Source: Ginglymostoma cirratum (taxonomy: Eukaryota). From it: a stretch of 64,000 bases of DNA. Positions 1 through 12,849 of this stretch are shown here, in pieces (position 1 is the first letter of the stretch; each line of letters starts with the position of its first letter). Under the pieces are notes generated by a model that was not told where the DNA came from, did not search any database, and saw only the letters and a program-made list of their open reading frames with translations. The position numbers were made by a program, and so were the translations under genes. Location of the stretch: assembly GCA_024137785.1 (NCBI GenBank), contig JAHRHZ010000095.1, positions 3,691,640 to 3,755,639 on the forward strand, read 5' to 3'.

Positions 1-677
1 TGACTTAGTTTTTTTAAATTTTTAAGTAATTCTGAAAATTATGGTCACCTTGTGCGGATACTCTGGAGTTTTACTCACAACTGCAGGTCTATATACAAAT
101 ATTCTATATATTTATGGGCAGTTCCTTTCATGATAATTAAAAACAATTTTTTAGTGAAATGCTTTCTGAGGAAACTTTGCTATACTTTTCCTTAAATACC
201 TTGACATTTTAAATTTTTTTTGTGCTAAATAGACATGAGTTCTGAGGTCTTTGCTGATAGCATCACTAACTCCTGATGTGATAATTTGCTGCAGTGAAAT
301 TAAAAATGATATTTCACAACAGTAAATTATCATTTAAACATCAGTATCACACGCTGTGCTCCAAAAATTTAAACCTAATCTAAAGGTCCCTGTTATCTGC
401 AGTCACAGGCTTTTAAAATATCACATCAAAGACACTGTCTGCTGTGTTCTCATTTTTTTCCCTGAAAATAGACTGTAAAATTCCCTCTTTTTAAAGAATT
501 TCTTCTATTTACATGTTCATTGCTATGCACCATTTACTGCCGTGAAGGCAAGGAACAAACAATCGATTTCCTTACATGAATTGTCAGCTTATGGAATGCT
601 CCTCCTCAAACCATTGTTGAATCAGAATCCATAAGTTTTTTGAAAAGGTATACGGTGATTGCTTAAAAATAAGCAGA

Positions 678-1028
678 GGCGACAGCCTAGTAGTATTATC
701 GCTGGACTATTATTCCAGAGACCAAGGTTTGAATCCCACATGGCAGATAGTGGGTTCTGAATTCAATTAAAATCTGTGATTAAGAGTCTAATCTCTTAAT
801 GGTCAAAAATGACCATTAATCAATTGTCAACTGTCAGGAAAAGTCCCATCTGGTTCATTAGTGCCCTCTAGAGCAGGAAATCTGCCATCCTTACCTAGAT
901 TGGCTTATATGTGACTCCAAACTCGTAGCAATGTGGTTGACTCTCGACTGCCCCTGGGCAATTAGAGGTGGGTAATAAATGCTGACCTAGCCAGCGATGC
1001 CCTCATCCCATGCACAAATAAAGAAAAA
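678..1028 (+). mobile_element. tRNA-derived SINE, family A (SacSINE1/DeuSINE-like), with LINE-derived 3' tail
   Basis: A-box-like (gcctagtagtattatcgctgg) and B-box-like (ggtttgaatccc) head, tail gggcaattagaggtgggtaataaatgctgacctagccagcgatgccctcatccc, A-rich end; homologous copies at ~1695-1920, ~6375-6720 and ~50950-51279. Confidence 0.75.
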
Positions 1029-1055
1029 AGTTTAAAAAGTCAACATCAATGGGAG

Positions 1056-1606
1056 ATAATAAGGTGTAGAGCTGGATGAACACAGCAGGCCAAGCAGCAT
1101 CAGAGGAGCAGGAAAGCTGACGTTTCAGGTCTAGACCTTTCNNNNNNNNNNNNNNNNNNNNNNNNNNNNNNNNNNNNNNNNNNNNNNNNNNNNNNNNNNN
1201 NNNNNNNNNNNNNNNNNNNNNNNNNNNNNNNNNNNNNNNNNNNNNNNNNNNNNNNNNNNNNNNNNNNNNNNNNNNNNNNNNNNNNNNNNNNNNNNNNNNN
1301 NNNNNNNNNNNNNNNNNNNNNNNNNNNNNNNNNNNNNNNNNNNNNNNNNNNNNNNNNNNNNNNNNNNNNNNNNNNNNNNNNNNNNNNNNNNNNNNNNNNN
1401 NNNNNNNNNNNNNNNNNNNNNNNNNNNNNNNNNNNNNNNNNNNNNNNNNNNNNNNNNNNNNNNNNNNNNNNNNNNNNNNNNNNNNNNNNNNNNNNNNNNN
1501 NNNNNNNNNNNNNNNNNNNNNNNNNNNNNNNNNNNNNNNNNTGTGTTCATCCAGCTCTACACCTTGTTATCTCAGATTCTCCAGCATCCGCAGTTCCTAC
1601 AATCTC
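1056..1606. mobile_element. Penelope-like element termini in inverted orientation flanking an assembly gap
   Basis: Left of gap ataataaggtgtagagctggatgaacaca...; right of gap its reverse complement tgtgttcatccagctctacaccttgttatc; degenerate 15-bp TSD caacatcaatgggag (1041-1055) / caatataaatgggag (1607-1621); same terminus as the GIY-YIG-coding copies at 38.0 kb and 45.5 kb. Confidence 0.8.
1142..1541. other. Assembly gap (400 N)
   Basis: Run of N. Confidence 1.
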
Positions 1607-1694
1607 CAATATAAATGGGAGGAAGTGGCTGTACTACTTCATGGAAGTCCTTAAAGTTAACTCTCTTAAAGACCAGGTGTACACACAGCATCTC

Positions 1695-1920
1695 TGGCAA
1701 GGCCTTTCCTTCCCTAAAAGATATTAGTGCATGATCATTATTACCGATAATAGTTTAATATTCCAGATTATATTTATTCAATTTAAATTTCACCAGCTGC
1801 TGTGGTGGATATTAAGCCATATGTGGCCTTTTTCCTTCCTGTAGGGATTCAATGATTCTATGATCTACAATGTATTATTCAGTGCCTCTGGATTACACTT
1901 TCAGCAACACTGCTACTATA
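1695..1920 (-). mobile_element. Degenerate family A SINE
   Basis: Reverse-complement similarity to 678-1028 (ttccttccctaaaagatattagtg, ttccagatt...attcaatttaaatt). Confidence 0.55.
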
Positions 1921-1995
1921 AAATCGAACATATAGCATGGCTTCATGCACCATTGTGCTTTATTTAATCTATTATGTGTTTGCCAATTTAGGATC

Positions 1996-3200
1996 AGAAA
2001 CTAGAAGGTGTTGGCCAATTGGGCCTTTGCGCCTACTCCACTGTTCAATGTGATCATGGTTGATCCTCCATCTCAACACCATACCCCTATTTTTTCTCCA
2101 CACCTTTTGATGCCTTTAATATCTAAAAATTTATCTATCTCTTTCTTGAACATTGTCAATGACCTAGCCCCCACAGCCTTCATAAAATCCATAGGTTGAT
2201 GCCACTCTGAGTGAAGAAATATTTCCTCACCTCATTCCTAAATGGACTCCCCAACCCAGATAAGCACCCTCTCTGCATATAGTCAGTCTACCCCTGTTAG
2301 AATTTTGTACATTTAATTAGATCCCAACTCATTCTTCTAAGCTCTACTGAATAAAGGCTCAGCCTAACTAATGTCTCCTCATATAACAGTTCTGCCATCC
2401 TCAGTATCAGCCTAGTGAATCTTTGCTGCACCCTTTTCATGACAAATATATCCTGTCTTAGGTAAGGAGACCAAAATTGGACACATGCTCCCGGTGCAAT
2501 CTTATCAAGACCCAATATAACTGCAGTAGGACAATCCTCCTTCTGAACTCAAATCCTCTTGCACAAAAGGCCAACACACCATTTGCTTTCCTAATTGCTT
2601 GCTGCACCTAGATAAATTCATTGACTGACGTAGAAGACGCAGATCCTTTTGTACATCCACATTTCCCAACGTATCGCCATTTAAATAATACCGTTTTTTT
2701 TGTTTATCATACTGAAGTGTACAACTTCACAGTTATCTATGTTGCATTGCTTCTGCTATATGCAAACTCAACCTGCCTAGATTGCCCTGAAGCTTCCTTG
2801 CATCCTCCTCATATCTCAGAAGCCCTCCAAATTTATATCATCAGCGAACTTGGAAATATTGCATTTGATTCCTTAATCCAGATTATTTAGAAATATCATG
2901 AATAGCTGGGGTTTAAGCAATAATTCCTGCCAGAACACTGCTAGCCACTGCCTGCCACCCGGAAAAAGACCCATTAATACCCACTCACTGTTTCTGGTCT
3001 GTCAACCAATTCCAAATCCATGCCAATACATTACCCCTAATGCCATGCGCTTCAATTTTGCCCATTAGCCTCTTAAGTGGGATCTTATCAAAAGTCTTCT
3101 TGAAATCCAAACACCACATCTACTAGTTCTCCCTTATTTATTCTGCAAGTTTACATCCTCAATAAACTCTAGTGGATTAGTTAGCCATGATTTCCTCTTA
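1996..3200 (-). mobile_element. CR1 LINE, 3' part of RT plus 3' UTR, decayed
   Basis: Minus translation CVQFWSPYLRQDIFVMKRVQQRFTRLI...RLSLYSVELRRMSWDLI, typical of the CR1 ORF2 C-terminus; frameshifts and stops. Confidence 0.9.
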
Positions 3201-3374
3201 TTACCTTTCCTGAAGTCTGTTACTATCCTACTGACTATTTACCACAATTCTGATTTTTCATATCACCCTGCAAGCTTCAAAATTATGTCCTTAATACAAA
3301 GTGAAGATCATGAATTTATGACACTGGCAGTAGTCCTGGTGCTGCAGATCCCTGGAAGCAATTTGGTATAATAG

Positions 3375-3650
3375 TCTGAAAAACAACCATTCACTGTTAC
3401 TCTCTGCTTATCCAATTTTATATCCTTGGTGTCACGATTTCTCTGATCCTTTAATTTTGCTATCAAGTCTATTATGTGGTAGTTTGTCAAATGCTTTTGA
3501 AAGCCCATATGTACAGTATTAACTGTAGTGCTCTTATCAACCATTTCCATTATTTCATTAAAGAATTCGAACAAGTTAGTCAAACATGATTTGATTTTAA
3601 CAAATTCATGCTGAATTTCATTTAGTAACCTATATCTTTCCAAGACATAT
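3375..3650 (-). mobile_element. CR1 RT fragment
   Basis: QHEFVKIKSCLTNLFEFFNEI...MGFQK...QRVTVNGCFSD (CR1 RT motifs QHGF, SCLTNL, QRVVxNG). Confidence 0.85.
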
Positions 3651-5739
3651 AGTGCAGCATTAGTACATATCACATTTTCTCGCCAGCTAAATAGATGATT
3701 TCAATTCAATATTCTTTGAAGATGGAAATGTCATGTTGAATACTAATATTTCATTTATTTTAGAGGGATTATCACTCCCTTTTTAGAGCTAATGGATTAC
3801 ATTACCAATCACATCTTTATGTGTACCTTTGACTTGCAACTTAGCTAGTCACAAACCCACTTAATAGTTTGTTTTTTTCTAAATTTCCAGTTGAGAGGCT
3901 GAAGCCTGTGGTAAGGAGCAAAAGAGAGAGTAAGTTAATTGAATGATTGAAAACCTTAACATGGCTTTAAAATGCCCTGATTAAAATAGGGAAGGGGTTG
4001 AAAAAGTAAGAACTTCCAGAAACACAATTGTAACATCATAATGCAATTGGAATGGATTTTAGCACAGTAGAAATACAACTCGGAAGATTACTCCATAATT
4101 AATTGGTGATACTGATGGCTTTATCTGTGGTATTGGCATAGAAGACATGAAATGATAAAATATAACTCTTGTCTTCATAAAAGTGTAAACCAATTATTCT
4201 GATATTACATTTGTTAATAAAAAGAAAAGATTAGAAATATACAGGTCTGGCTATAGATTTGCTGAATAATCTTAAACATGGTACAGGGAGATCAGCTTTT
4301 CTGGTGCCTTTGTAGATTAAAATAACTTTCTCTATAACTATCCATTATTCTGGGAAAATAGACAATTATTGTATGTGCTCTAGAAATTCTGAGGCATAAA
4401 CCTGAGTGATTTTTATCTGTTGCAGTGCAAATGGATCAGGAACCTGGGTGTAGTAAGCTTAATATACTGAATGGCATTTACTGTCTTCAGATTTGGCACC
4501 ACCCCGCACCCATCCTCCCTACCCTCCACCCCCACCTCCAGTCCATGGGTGAAATAATATCAGGTCCACTTAAGGGCCTCTTTAGGTCCGAGAGCAGACT
4601 GACGCCTTCTCTGCTCTCCAAATGAATTTCTTTCAGTTTGGTAAATAGTGAAACTGACAGGAAGCTCACCCACTGCATTTTATGTACTCAAGCACCCTTC
4701 AAAATCCAGCTCTGTGCTTCTACTTTGTTTATTGCTGCATAATGGGCCAATTAGTTTCAATTCACTACTGTCTGAAAAAGTTCTTAAATTAAACTAAATT
4801 AAACCTCTTTATGTGTTGTTGCTTCCTTGTTACCTCAAAAGTTTTCCTTCCCTAATGAACATATTGTTTCATTTTTGCCTGTCAGATATGACAAGTGAAG
4901 CTTCAATATAACTGTCCTACTGTCTACTGCATCTCATTGGACACTGGACTGTTTTGGCTTCAACATTGTTGGCTATAATGTGATTCAGCATTATTTAAAA
5001 ATGTAGCTCATATAAGTAGAAGAATGGACTCCAATGCTAAATTGATGGTATGAGTAAAAAATGAAGTACAGTTTAAAATAATATGAGTGCTGTTAAAATA
5101 TGCACCTTTATGTGTAGTATTTTTGCCTAGATTTTGTCTTGAAGTGAACTACTATTTACAACAGGAATTACTAGAAAACAGAGACTAAAAATGTGGGGAG
5201 AGAAGAGAGGAAGGAAACAGAAATAAGAATGAGCCACTGAAAGAAGTGAAGAAAGAATAAGATTATCAGAGGCAAAAACATGCATGCAGGAAGGATTTAG
5301 GGCATTCTCATTAACATTCACAAATTGTTTCAACAGTACAGTACAAGGTTTCCCAAAACTACCACAGAAAAACAGTGCTGCTATGAAAGACATTGGTATT
5401 GAAATAAACACTGTAGAATACATAAAAAAAACAATGAAGACTTAAGTGCCGATGTCAATGTAAGCTTTCATGATTCCACAAATACTGTCATCTGAACAAC
5501 AATATGCCTGTAATTCTCTCAAACTGTATATCCTCATTTCCTAAATTTGACTCTAATGGAAATTGAAATAATTGGAAAGAATAGAAGTCAGCCTGTGCCC
5601 TACATCCCATTATTTTAATGGCACACTGCAGATGGTAAGAACATACAAGATTTTAGAGAATATTGTTAATATATTTTAGTCCTGCTCATGGATTAAACGT
5701 ATAAAACAATGAACCTCCATTTCTGTAGGGTTGTTCATG

Positions 5740-5832
5740 TTACCAGGATGTCACAAAAAACCTCACAGAAGAGATGGACCTTTGAAGTGCAGTCACCATT
5801 GCAATGAAGGAAAATGTAGCAGCCAATTTGCT
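5740..5832 (-). mobile_element. Fragment of DeuSINE/L2-type 3' tail
   Basis: Reverse complement gcaaattggctgctacattttccttcattgcaatggtgactgcacttcaaag resembles conserved DeuSINE/L2-partnered tails (from memory). Confidence 0.45.
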
Positions 5833-6374
5833 GTGGGATCCAAACTGCGAGGCTGAAAACCCCTTAAGAAGGAGCCAAGTCAGGGCTAGCAATCTGTTGT
5901 CAGGATTGCTATGCAGCTAGAAGTAGTTCTGTTCCTCATGATCCCCACTGAGGTGTGTTTTTCTATATATAAGCCTGTCTATTTTGGTGGTGGCCTCCAC
6001 TAGTAGGCCTAGACATCATTATCCAAAATGCAGCTAGACAAGAACCTACTGCATTTAGGGTTGTGTATGTTTTGGAGAAAGTTCCAAAGAGGAGTTTGAC
6101 CCTCTATTTAAATGTGCAAATTAGTGGCTTAATACTTATTTCAAGTTTAGGAATCTATTCACTGGAGGAATTAATGATAGAATCACTGGAGCACTTGCAG
6201 TATGAAGTATGCATATGCACATGGCCTACTGGAAGCTTATGTGTCAATCTTATGTTCAGTAAATATGCTTAGCATCAAGATACTTTCTCAGCCTTTCAAC
6301 ATGCCTGTGCTTTAATCCACAAGGTTCAAGAGGTCAGAACACTGTAATACTAGATACCAGACTAGTATCAAAGG

Positions 6375-6720
6375 AGACACAGTAGTGATAATGTCATGAG
6401 AGCTATAATCAGGAAACTCAGGCTAATGCTTGGGAAACACGCACTCAAATCCTACCACAATGATTGGTGTAATTTAAATTCAATTAATAGAATCTGGAAT
6501 TGAAAACTAGTTTCAGTACTGGTGACCATGGAACAATCATTGATTGTTGTAAAAACACATCTGTATCCTATATTTTAGTTCTTGGGAAATAAGTTTTGCA
6601 CAGTCTCACTTTTAATTGTCATTGGAGATAGTCTGACAACCACTCATTCAAGGACAATTAGGAATGGACAACTAATGCTGACCTTACAAGTGATGCATAT
6701 GCCCCATCAAAAGATTAAGA
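6375..6720 (+). mobile_element. Family A SINE, older copy
   Basis: Similar to 678-1028, including tail ggacaattaggaatggacaactaatgctgacc. Confidence 0.65.
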
Positions 6721-7064
6721 AACACTTCAGGTGGACCTAACTAGAAATCAGACAAATGTCATTTTTATCCAGTTACATGGAGGGTTTCTGCCTGAACGGC
6801 CTAGCGAGTTTTTTTGTGCATTCATCCCAAACTCACCATATTAAAGAGGTACCAGGTCCCTGTGGTGACCTTCTTGTTCAATTTTAGCTTGCATCTCCTG
6901 AACATTGAAAATGCAAATACTCACTACTACAATGGCATCGGGGGAGTACATGTCACTGGCAACATATTTAAAAGACCATAGAGTACCTGGTGAAGCACTG
7001 GCAGTATCGAACTGCACAGTATGGTTCATGACATTAGCATCAGACATGGAAGATAAGCTTTGCA

Positions 7065-7850
7065 GACAGGGCTCGGTGCTGGGTCTCTTGCTGTTTGTGA
7101 TGTATATAAACGATTTAGACATGAGTTTAATCAATAAATTTGCAGGAGACATGAAAATCTGTGGTGTGGTAAATAGCAAGCAGGGAAGCCTTAGCCTACA
7201 GGATGATAGAGATCAGCTGTCAGATTGGATTAAATTCCGAGAGTGGCACTAAAATATATGACATTAACCCTGCTCCCTAACTAAAATCTTGTAAGTTTTT
7301 ACCATCTGTAGTGTGCCATTAAAGCAATGGGATGTAGGCCAAGGGCTGAATTCCACTCTTTTGAGAGGGTACATAAATGATTCACCAGGTTGTTGCTTGG
7401 ACTGGAGCATTTTAGCTCTGAAGAGAAACTAGATAGACTGAGATTGTCTTCCTGGCAACAGGGAAGACTGAGGGAGGACCTGACTGAGGTATACAATATG
7501 ATGAGGGGCATAGATATGGTAGACAAGAAAAAAAAATCCTCTCAGTAAAAGAGTTAATAACCAGGGGGCACAGATTTAAAACAATATACAGGGGTTTTAG
7601 AGGGGATTTAAGGAAGAATTTTCTCACACAAATGGCGATGGACATCAGGAACAAACTACCTGAAAGGGTGGTAGAGGTAGAAACATTCATAACATCTGAG
7701 AAGTATTTAGAAGAATACGTGAAATGCCCTAGGACACAAGGCTGCAGACCAAGCACTGGAAGGTGGGCCTGCAGCATATAGCCACTTGATGACTGTCATG
7801 GAAATGATAGGCTGGGGGGCTTATTTCTGTTCTGTAAAACTCTATGACTC
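7065..7850 (+). mobile_element. CR1 LINE fragment, internally deleted or interrupted
   Basis: QGSVLGLLLFVMYINDLD...NKFAGDMKI...LQDDRDQL; downstream CR1 C-terminus and ...ctctatgactc tail. Confidence 0.9.
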
Positions 7851-7856
7851 CATAAT

Positions 7857-8450
7857 CTGGAGATCTTGATGGTCACAGTGATGCAGAAGAGGACCATCCT
7901 TTGCCCCCAGAACTGGCAGAGACGGCCAGAATACCAACCATGCCAGCTTGATCCAATGTTGCCAGTCAGGTTAATGAAATCTCAGTCAGATGAAGGAATG
8001 CCCTGCAGTGCCTATTGAAGATCAATAACCTTCTCTGTTCAGCCAGGATAAGTGCCACCATCTTCACCCTACTGCCTCACACTCAGTCTATCTATGCCAC
8101 TGCATCCATTTCCCACCAAGGCTAATGGTCTACCACTCCCACACTTGCATGTTACATCTTCCCTCCCTCACTTTCAAATCTCTCACCCTATTTTACCCTG
8201 CACGGCAGCTACACTGCCTGCTTACTCATTTAAGTCATCTCACCACCTTTCCTCCCAACTGCATCTGCACCAACAGAGGTGCCACTCACTTTCACCTTAC
8301 TCAATCCCTTTTTCTGTCTTATTCCAACAGAAAATGGTCCACAGTAAGGCAGAAAGAGCCAAGATGGGTGCTGGGTGTGCACTATTTTGGCACCTCGCCC
8401 CCTATGAGGACAGGGTCCTGGCCATGACAGCCCCAAGTGGCTGACAAACC
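7857..8450 (+). mobile_element. Harbinger/PIF Myb/SANT-like gene remnant with intron
   Basis: LEILMVTVMQKRTILCP...QVNEISVR*RNALQCLLKINNL, degenerate donor (ataagt ~8048), pyrimidine-rich intron, acceptor ttccaacag, then KMVHSKAERAKMGAG...PYEDRVL. Confidence 0.7.
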
Positions 8451-9024
8451 ATGCCCAAGATAGATAATATTAGAGATTGCCCTTGCTGTACTGTAACATG
8501 ATCCATGACTGATGACTGCTGATAAGCATGACAAGCAGCCTGGCTTTGTGTCCACACTGAACAGCAAAGCAAGATAAGAAGTACTATGAGCCTGTAAACT
8601 GTAGCTGAGAGGAGGACAATCACAAAAAGTCAAGGTAGCGGTGTTGTGAGCATCTAGGTAGGTGCGAAGTGACTGTGTTTTGAGAGAACAAATACACACT
8701 CTGAAATGCATCCTGGTCCAGCCGTGAACGGGGTCCCTATGTGCAGAGTCCTTGCAGTAGCATTCCAATGAAAGGCGCCAGTGTGCTCCAAAGTGCAACT
8801 TTGCATTGTAGAAGTGCACTGTAAATAGAACAGAGATGCGCCATAGTGATGCACTGAGGCTGGTACATTTTAGATGCCAAAATCTGTGAATGTGGGGTGC
8901 ATGTGGCCACTACTCATGGAGATGATAATGAACAATAATGCATACCAATATGCCACTGTTATATCTTCCCTCACTCATCTTGACCCCTCACGCTACTAAC
9001 AAATGCAGCTCATCTGATACCACT

Positions 9025-9140
9025 TTGACTTCTGAAAAATGATCTGCATCTGAAACATTGACCGATCTGCCTTCCTCCACAGACATTGCATGAACTTTGG
9101 AAGGATTGCAGCATTTCCTGTTTTGTTTCAGATTTCCTGT
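9025..9140 (+). mobile_element. Degenerate PLE terminus with eroded hammerhead-like core
   Basis: ctgaaaa...tgaaacattgac...ctccacagacattgc...cagcatttcctgttttgtttcagatttcc, same layout as 10139-10240. Confidence 0.5.
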
Positions 9141-9799
9141 GTACAGGTTGATGTGATCAGGTACGTCAGGCTGACTTAAGTTGAAAAAGATTGCCCAGTG
9201 CATTTCTCTAGCAAATATTGTATTTGAAGCATATTTCTTTCAGTTGTGGAATGTTAAAAATCTTGAAACTGTAATCCACTTCACTCATTTGCATAGCTGT
9301 AATATTGGACATTTTGCTCCACTGGTTTAAGTGCACAGAGGTTTACAGGGGTTAAAATGGTGTGAAACTAATTTTAGCATAACCTCTGCCAACTGTCATG
9401 CTTATAAAGGTGTGTTGTGTTGTGTGCGCAGAGTGGGCTGGGTGTGATGCCAATGTCGAACACTGATTTGATGCCCAACCTGTCATTTTAGAACCTGCAG
9501 GTCTGAATGATGTGCTATCTTGAACAGTCACAGCTGAACATGTATATGGGGGTCTCCCCATCAGCTAGATCTATTTGAAGCGTGGGACTTTCAGTTGAGG
9601 TTCTTTTTACATCTGTCGCAGAGTGAGCGTAGTATAGTATTTTGCATTATTGCAAGAGCTCAAAAGAGTTGATGAATTAAAAGGAATATATTATGTGGAA
9701 TTTGATAACTTCCAACATTTAGCATGCATCAATTGATGGGCACTAATATTGAACTTCCTTTGGCCTATGGCACAATATGGGAATAAATCACAGAAAACA

Positions 9800-10900
9800 G
9801 AGAGGGGAAGCTGAAATAGGAGGAAGAAGATGGCTTTCAACAAAAACCTCTACTCATGTAAAATATCCGCAGTATACGTCTCATACCTGTAGCTCAGGCA
9901 GGAGCAAAGTCTGAGGTGGCTATAATACCTAAAAAGATAGTCAGTTAATTTTGGCACCTCTGTTAACTGAGCCTGTAGGCTGGCAAGGCAATAATGGTAC
10001 TGTCTGTGGCTATCAATGACACTTTGCCAACAGTTTGTACATCTCAGGATTCTGCCAGATTGAAGCTGGCAAAATTGCATAATTTTTCCTCCAACAAAAG
10101 TCACCATGGTTCTGTAGTTGAGAAGACAGAATTTTGTTAGTTCTGAAAAAGGGTCACTGGACCCAAAACGTCAACTTTGATTTCAAGCCACAGAAGTTAC
10201 CAAACCTGCTGCTCCAGAAATTTCTGTTTTTGTTTCAGATATTGTTGATTCTCTTTTAACAAAGAGATACTGGTGGAGTGGACACAGCCTTTCCAGGGCA
10301 GCAGGATTCCCAATCATGTCGGGAACCTTGAAGCATTATATCTCAATGGAGAGATACACAAAATTTGCAGTGCATCAGTGCAGAAGTGTTTCAATCTTTT
10401 AAAGTGTATTTATCGCGTGACTCATGAACAGAACACCACGCTCCTATCCTGGCAGCCTCCACAATGATTTTATCCTGTGCCAATTAGCCTTTGCTTTCAT
10501 CTACCAACCACTGCAACAAACCACAGGGAGGCTGCTCGTTCTAAAGTTGGCTTAGGATTCTCTTCAGCTACCCAAAAACACAAAGACGGCATTCATCCAA
10601 TGAGAAAAATGTAGTAACCAGGAATTATGTGAGGCAATTCTTGGCATTCTAAATAAAACTTTTGATATCTGGTCCACCCAGGGAGAATTCTGCAATGCTT
10701 GCCAGAGTATGTTTCCAAATTCATGTTTGCATTCTATACAATATGGCTCTTAAGAGCCTTTGGCAGAGCTACTCAGGAACAGGTTGAGGAGGATGAAGTG
10801 GTAAATAAGAAATGGAGGTTGCACCTGGGACACCTTCACTCCTGACAGGATACTCATGCGTTGCTCACCATATACTCTATTTCCCTTGATCATGTCTTCA
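9800..10900 (+). mobile_element. Harbinger HARBI1-like DDE nuclease remnant(s)
   Basis: Decayed matches to HARBI1 motifs: QPFQGS (SGSFQ), ILGILNK...RYLVHPGRILQC (GxLKxRFRCLDRSGGxLQY), VCILYNMA (CCxLHNxA). Confidence 0.55.
10139..10240 (+). mobile_element. PLE family 2 terminus with mutated minimal hammerhead
   Basis: agtt-CTGAAAA-a-GGGTC-actg-GACCC-AAAA-CGTC-aact: stems I (agtt/aact) and II intact, core G8 and G12 changed to A. Confidence 0.75.
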
Positions 10901-11141
10901 GATCACTGTTGTTCCACTCTTCCATCCATCTGCCTCGGACAGTCTCAGGAAAATACTGAAATAAAAGATGTCAAAGAAACATTATTCAATTAAAACTTTG
11001 TTCAACAATATTTTAAAGTAACTGTTTACCCTAGTATATTCCCACAACGCCTGTCTTCCACATGGCTGCCTAATGTAATGACCCTGTGCAGTACTCACCT
11101 AGTGGTTACCACATGGCCAGTGGAAGGCTGCTCAGTTTTAA

Positions 11142-11264
11142 TTAGTTTTTAATGAATCTATTCAGACATATTATAACATACCTCCAAGGAGAGATGGGAC
11201 TCAAACACCCACATCTTCTGGTTTAGAAAAAGTAATACAAATGCTGCACCACTAGACACTCTTA
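11142..11264 (-). mobile_element. Short tRNA-derived SINE, family B, with TSD
   Basis: Homologous to 19775-19902 and 43922-44192; TSD tgctcagttttaa (11129-11141) / tgctcaattttaa (11267-11279). Confidence 0.7.
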
Positions 11265-11309
11265 AATGCTCAATTTTAAAATGAACAATTGATCTAGCCA
11301 CATTTACCA

Positions 11310-11600
11310 TTTCCTGAAGAGTATTCTACACTTCTGGCACCCTCTGTGTTCAGAAGAATTCCATGATTTCACTCCTGAAAAATCTGACTCCAACATTTTG
11401 CCTCTGTCCCATAGCCTTGGACTTTGAAGTTAGCAATCATAATTTCTCCTGATATACTGTATCTTGGAAACGTTGATTAAATCACTCTTAATCTTCGAAA
11501 GTCTAAGGAATGCAATTCTAGTTTGTTTAATCTAACTTTGTAGCTGAACTTTTGGGATCCAGGTATCATTCTGGTAAATCTATACAGCCGTCTCTTCATG
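11310..11600 (-). mobile_element. Old CR1 3' fragment
   Basis: Similarity to the other minus-strand CR1 3' ends (ttctggcaccctctgtg..., ccaggtatcattctggtaaatct). Confidence 0.55.
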
Positions 11601-11864
11601 GTCTGTCATGCAAGTTAGTGGGAAGAGTGTCAGTGAGTGCATTGCAACGTATTTGAGTGACGTACCTGACAGAGCTATATAGAATTACTTAGACGTAATG
11701 AGAAATGTGTATGAAGCTTGTAGCAGCAGCACATGTATTAGGGTGATGTAGAGCAAATGAATGTTAGTTGTGTGTCCTGACTGTGGGAGATTGAAGATGG
11801 GAAGCGTTGCATTGTGTCATTGTGAGATTGTTGATATAGTTGGTAGGAAATGTCATATGTAGAT

Positions 11865-12070
11865 AACCACTTGAGTAAGATCACTGAATTTTGTGCAGCT
11901 CTGCAGCCAGTCCCTTGGAGTCCAACTCCTTGCATTGACCTTGGTGGACACTTGCACCCACTCTCTATGCTCTTTATACCGGAGAGTCTCTTCACTCCAT
12001 CTGGAAGAATGATATTTCTCTTCCTTTCCAACTTTTGTATTAAAAGTTCACCTATTTAAGAATGACATGT
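11865..12070 (-). mobile_element. Harbinger Myb/SANT exon 1 remnant, convergent with the HARBI1 remnant at 9.8-10.9 kb
   Basis: LERKRNIILPDGVKRL, then after a frameshift EWVQVSTKVNARSWTPRDWLQSCTKFSDL (W..V...VN....R.W.Q..K..DL motif). Confidence 0.7.
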
Positions 12071-12849
12071 TGCCTTTAACAGGAGTAAGTCAGTTTTAAT
12101 TTATCTTAACCACTTAACTGGGTCGGCTGCTGAGTGCGCAACTAACTGACATAAAGCACCGGACTACAAAGCATAATCATAGAGAAAAGCAAACAGCATG
12201 AAGTTTTCATGAAAAGGAACTGTGTTTTCTCTTCCTGATTTATTTTCCTCTTCATTTTTTTTGTCATTTACTTATGTGTAATTCCACAGTCTCTGGTTCT
12301 TTCATGCATTGGCAGGTGGGCCTCTCACACAGTTCAGCAAATTCTTAGCCAACTATATTCTTTGGTTGCCTGGTGATGATTTACCTCAAAGACTGAAGGT
12401 TTTGTTTTTTGTTATACTGTATTTGACTTTGAAGTTTAAATCACCTAGACAAATATATTTATTAAAGACAGTTGAATCAATCTCATCTCACACAGGTCAA
12501 TTATGTGACGTTTTCATGAGAATATTTCCAAGGAATGAAATCAAATAAAGTATCTCAACTGCAACCTTTGCACCAATTGGGAACTGAATCTGCGATTTTC
12601 TAGTTCAGGATTGTTTGACAATCCCAGTAAATCAATACATATCTCTGATGAAAATGCTGTCCTTGGTTTATTAGTTTTGTTCTCCAACGTATAGCTTATT
12701 TAAAAATTATTTCATGTAAATATCAAAACTTTAGAAATCTAAAAGTAAGTTGAGAACAGTTTGGATAGATGGGAATATTGTTTGTTAGACTAAATCAGAA
12801 TAAGGCCTATTTGCCGCTAGTCTACCCTCAAGTAGATCAAGTCTACCCA

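Noticed and set aside
1131-1550. 139-aa ORF of X residues
   Set aside because: Artefact of the N gap.
12316-12399. Possible plus-strand exon (GGPLTQFSKFLANYILWLPGDDLPQRLK)
   Set aside because: Weak donor (gttttg), no recognisable homology, no partner exons.
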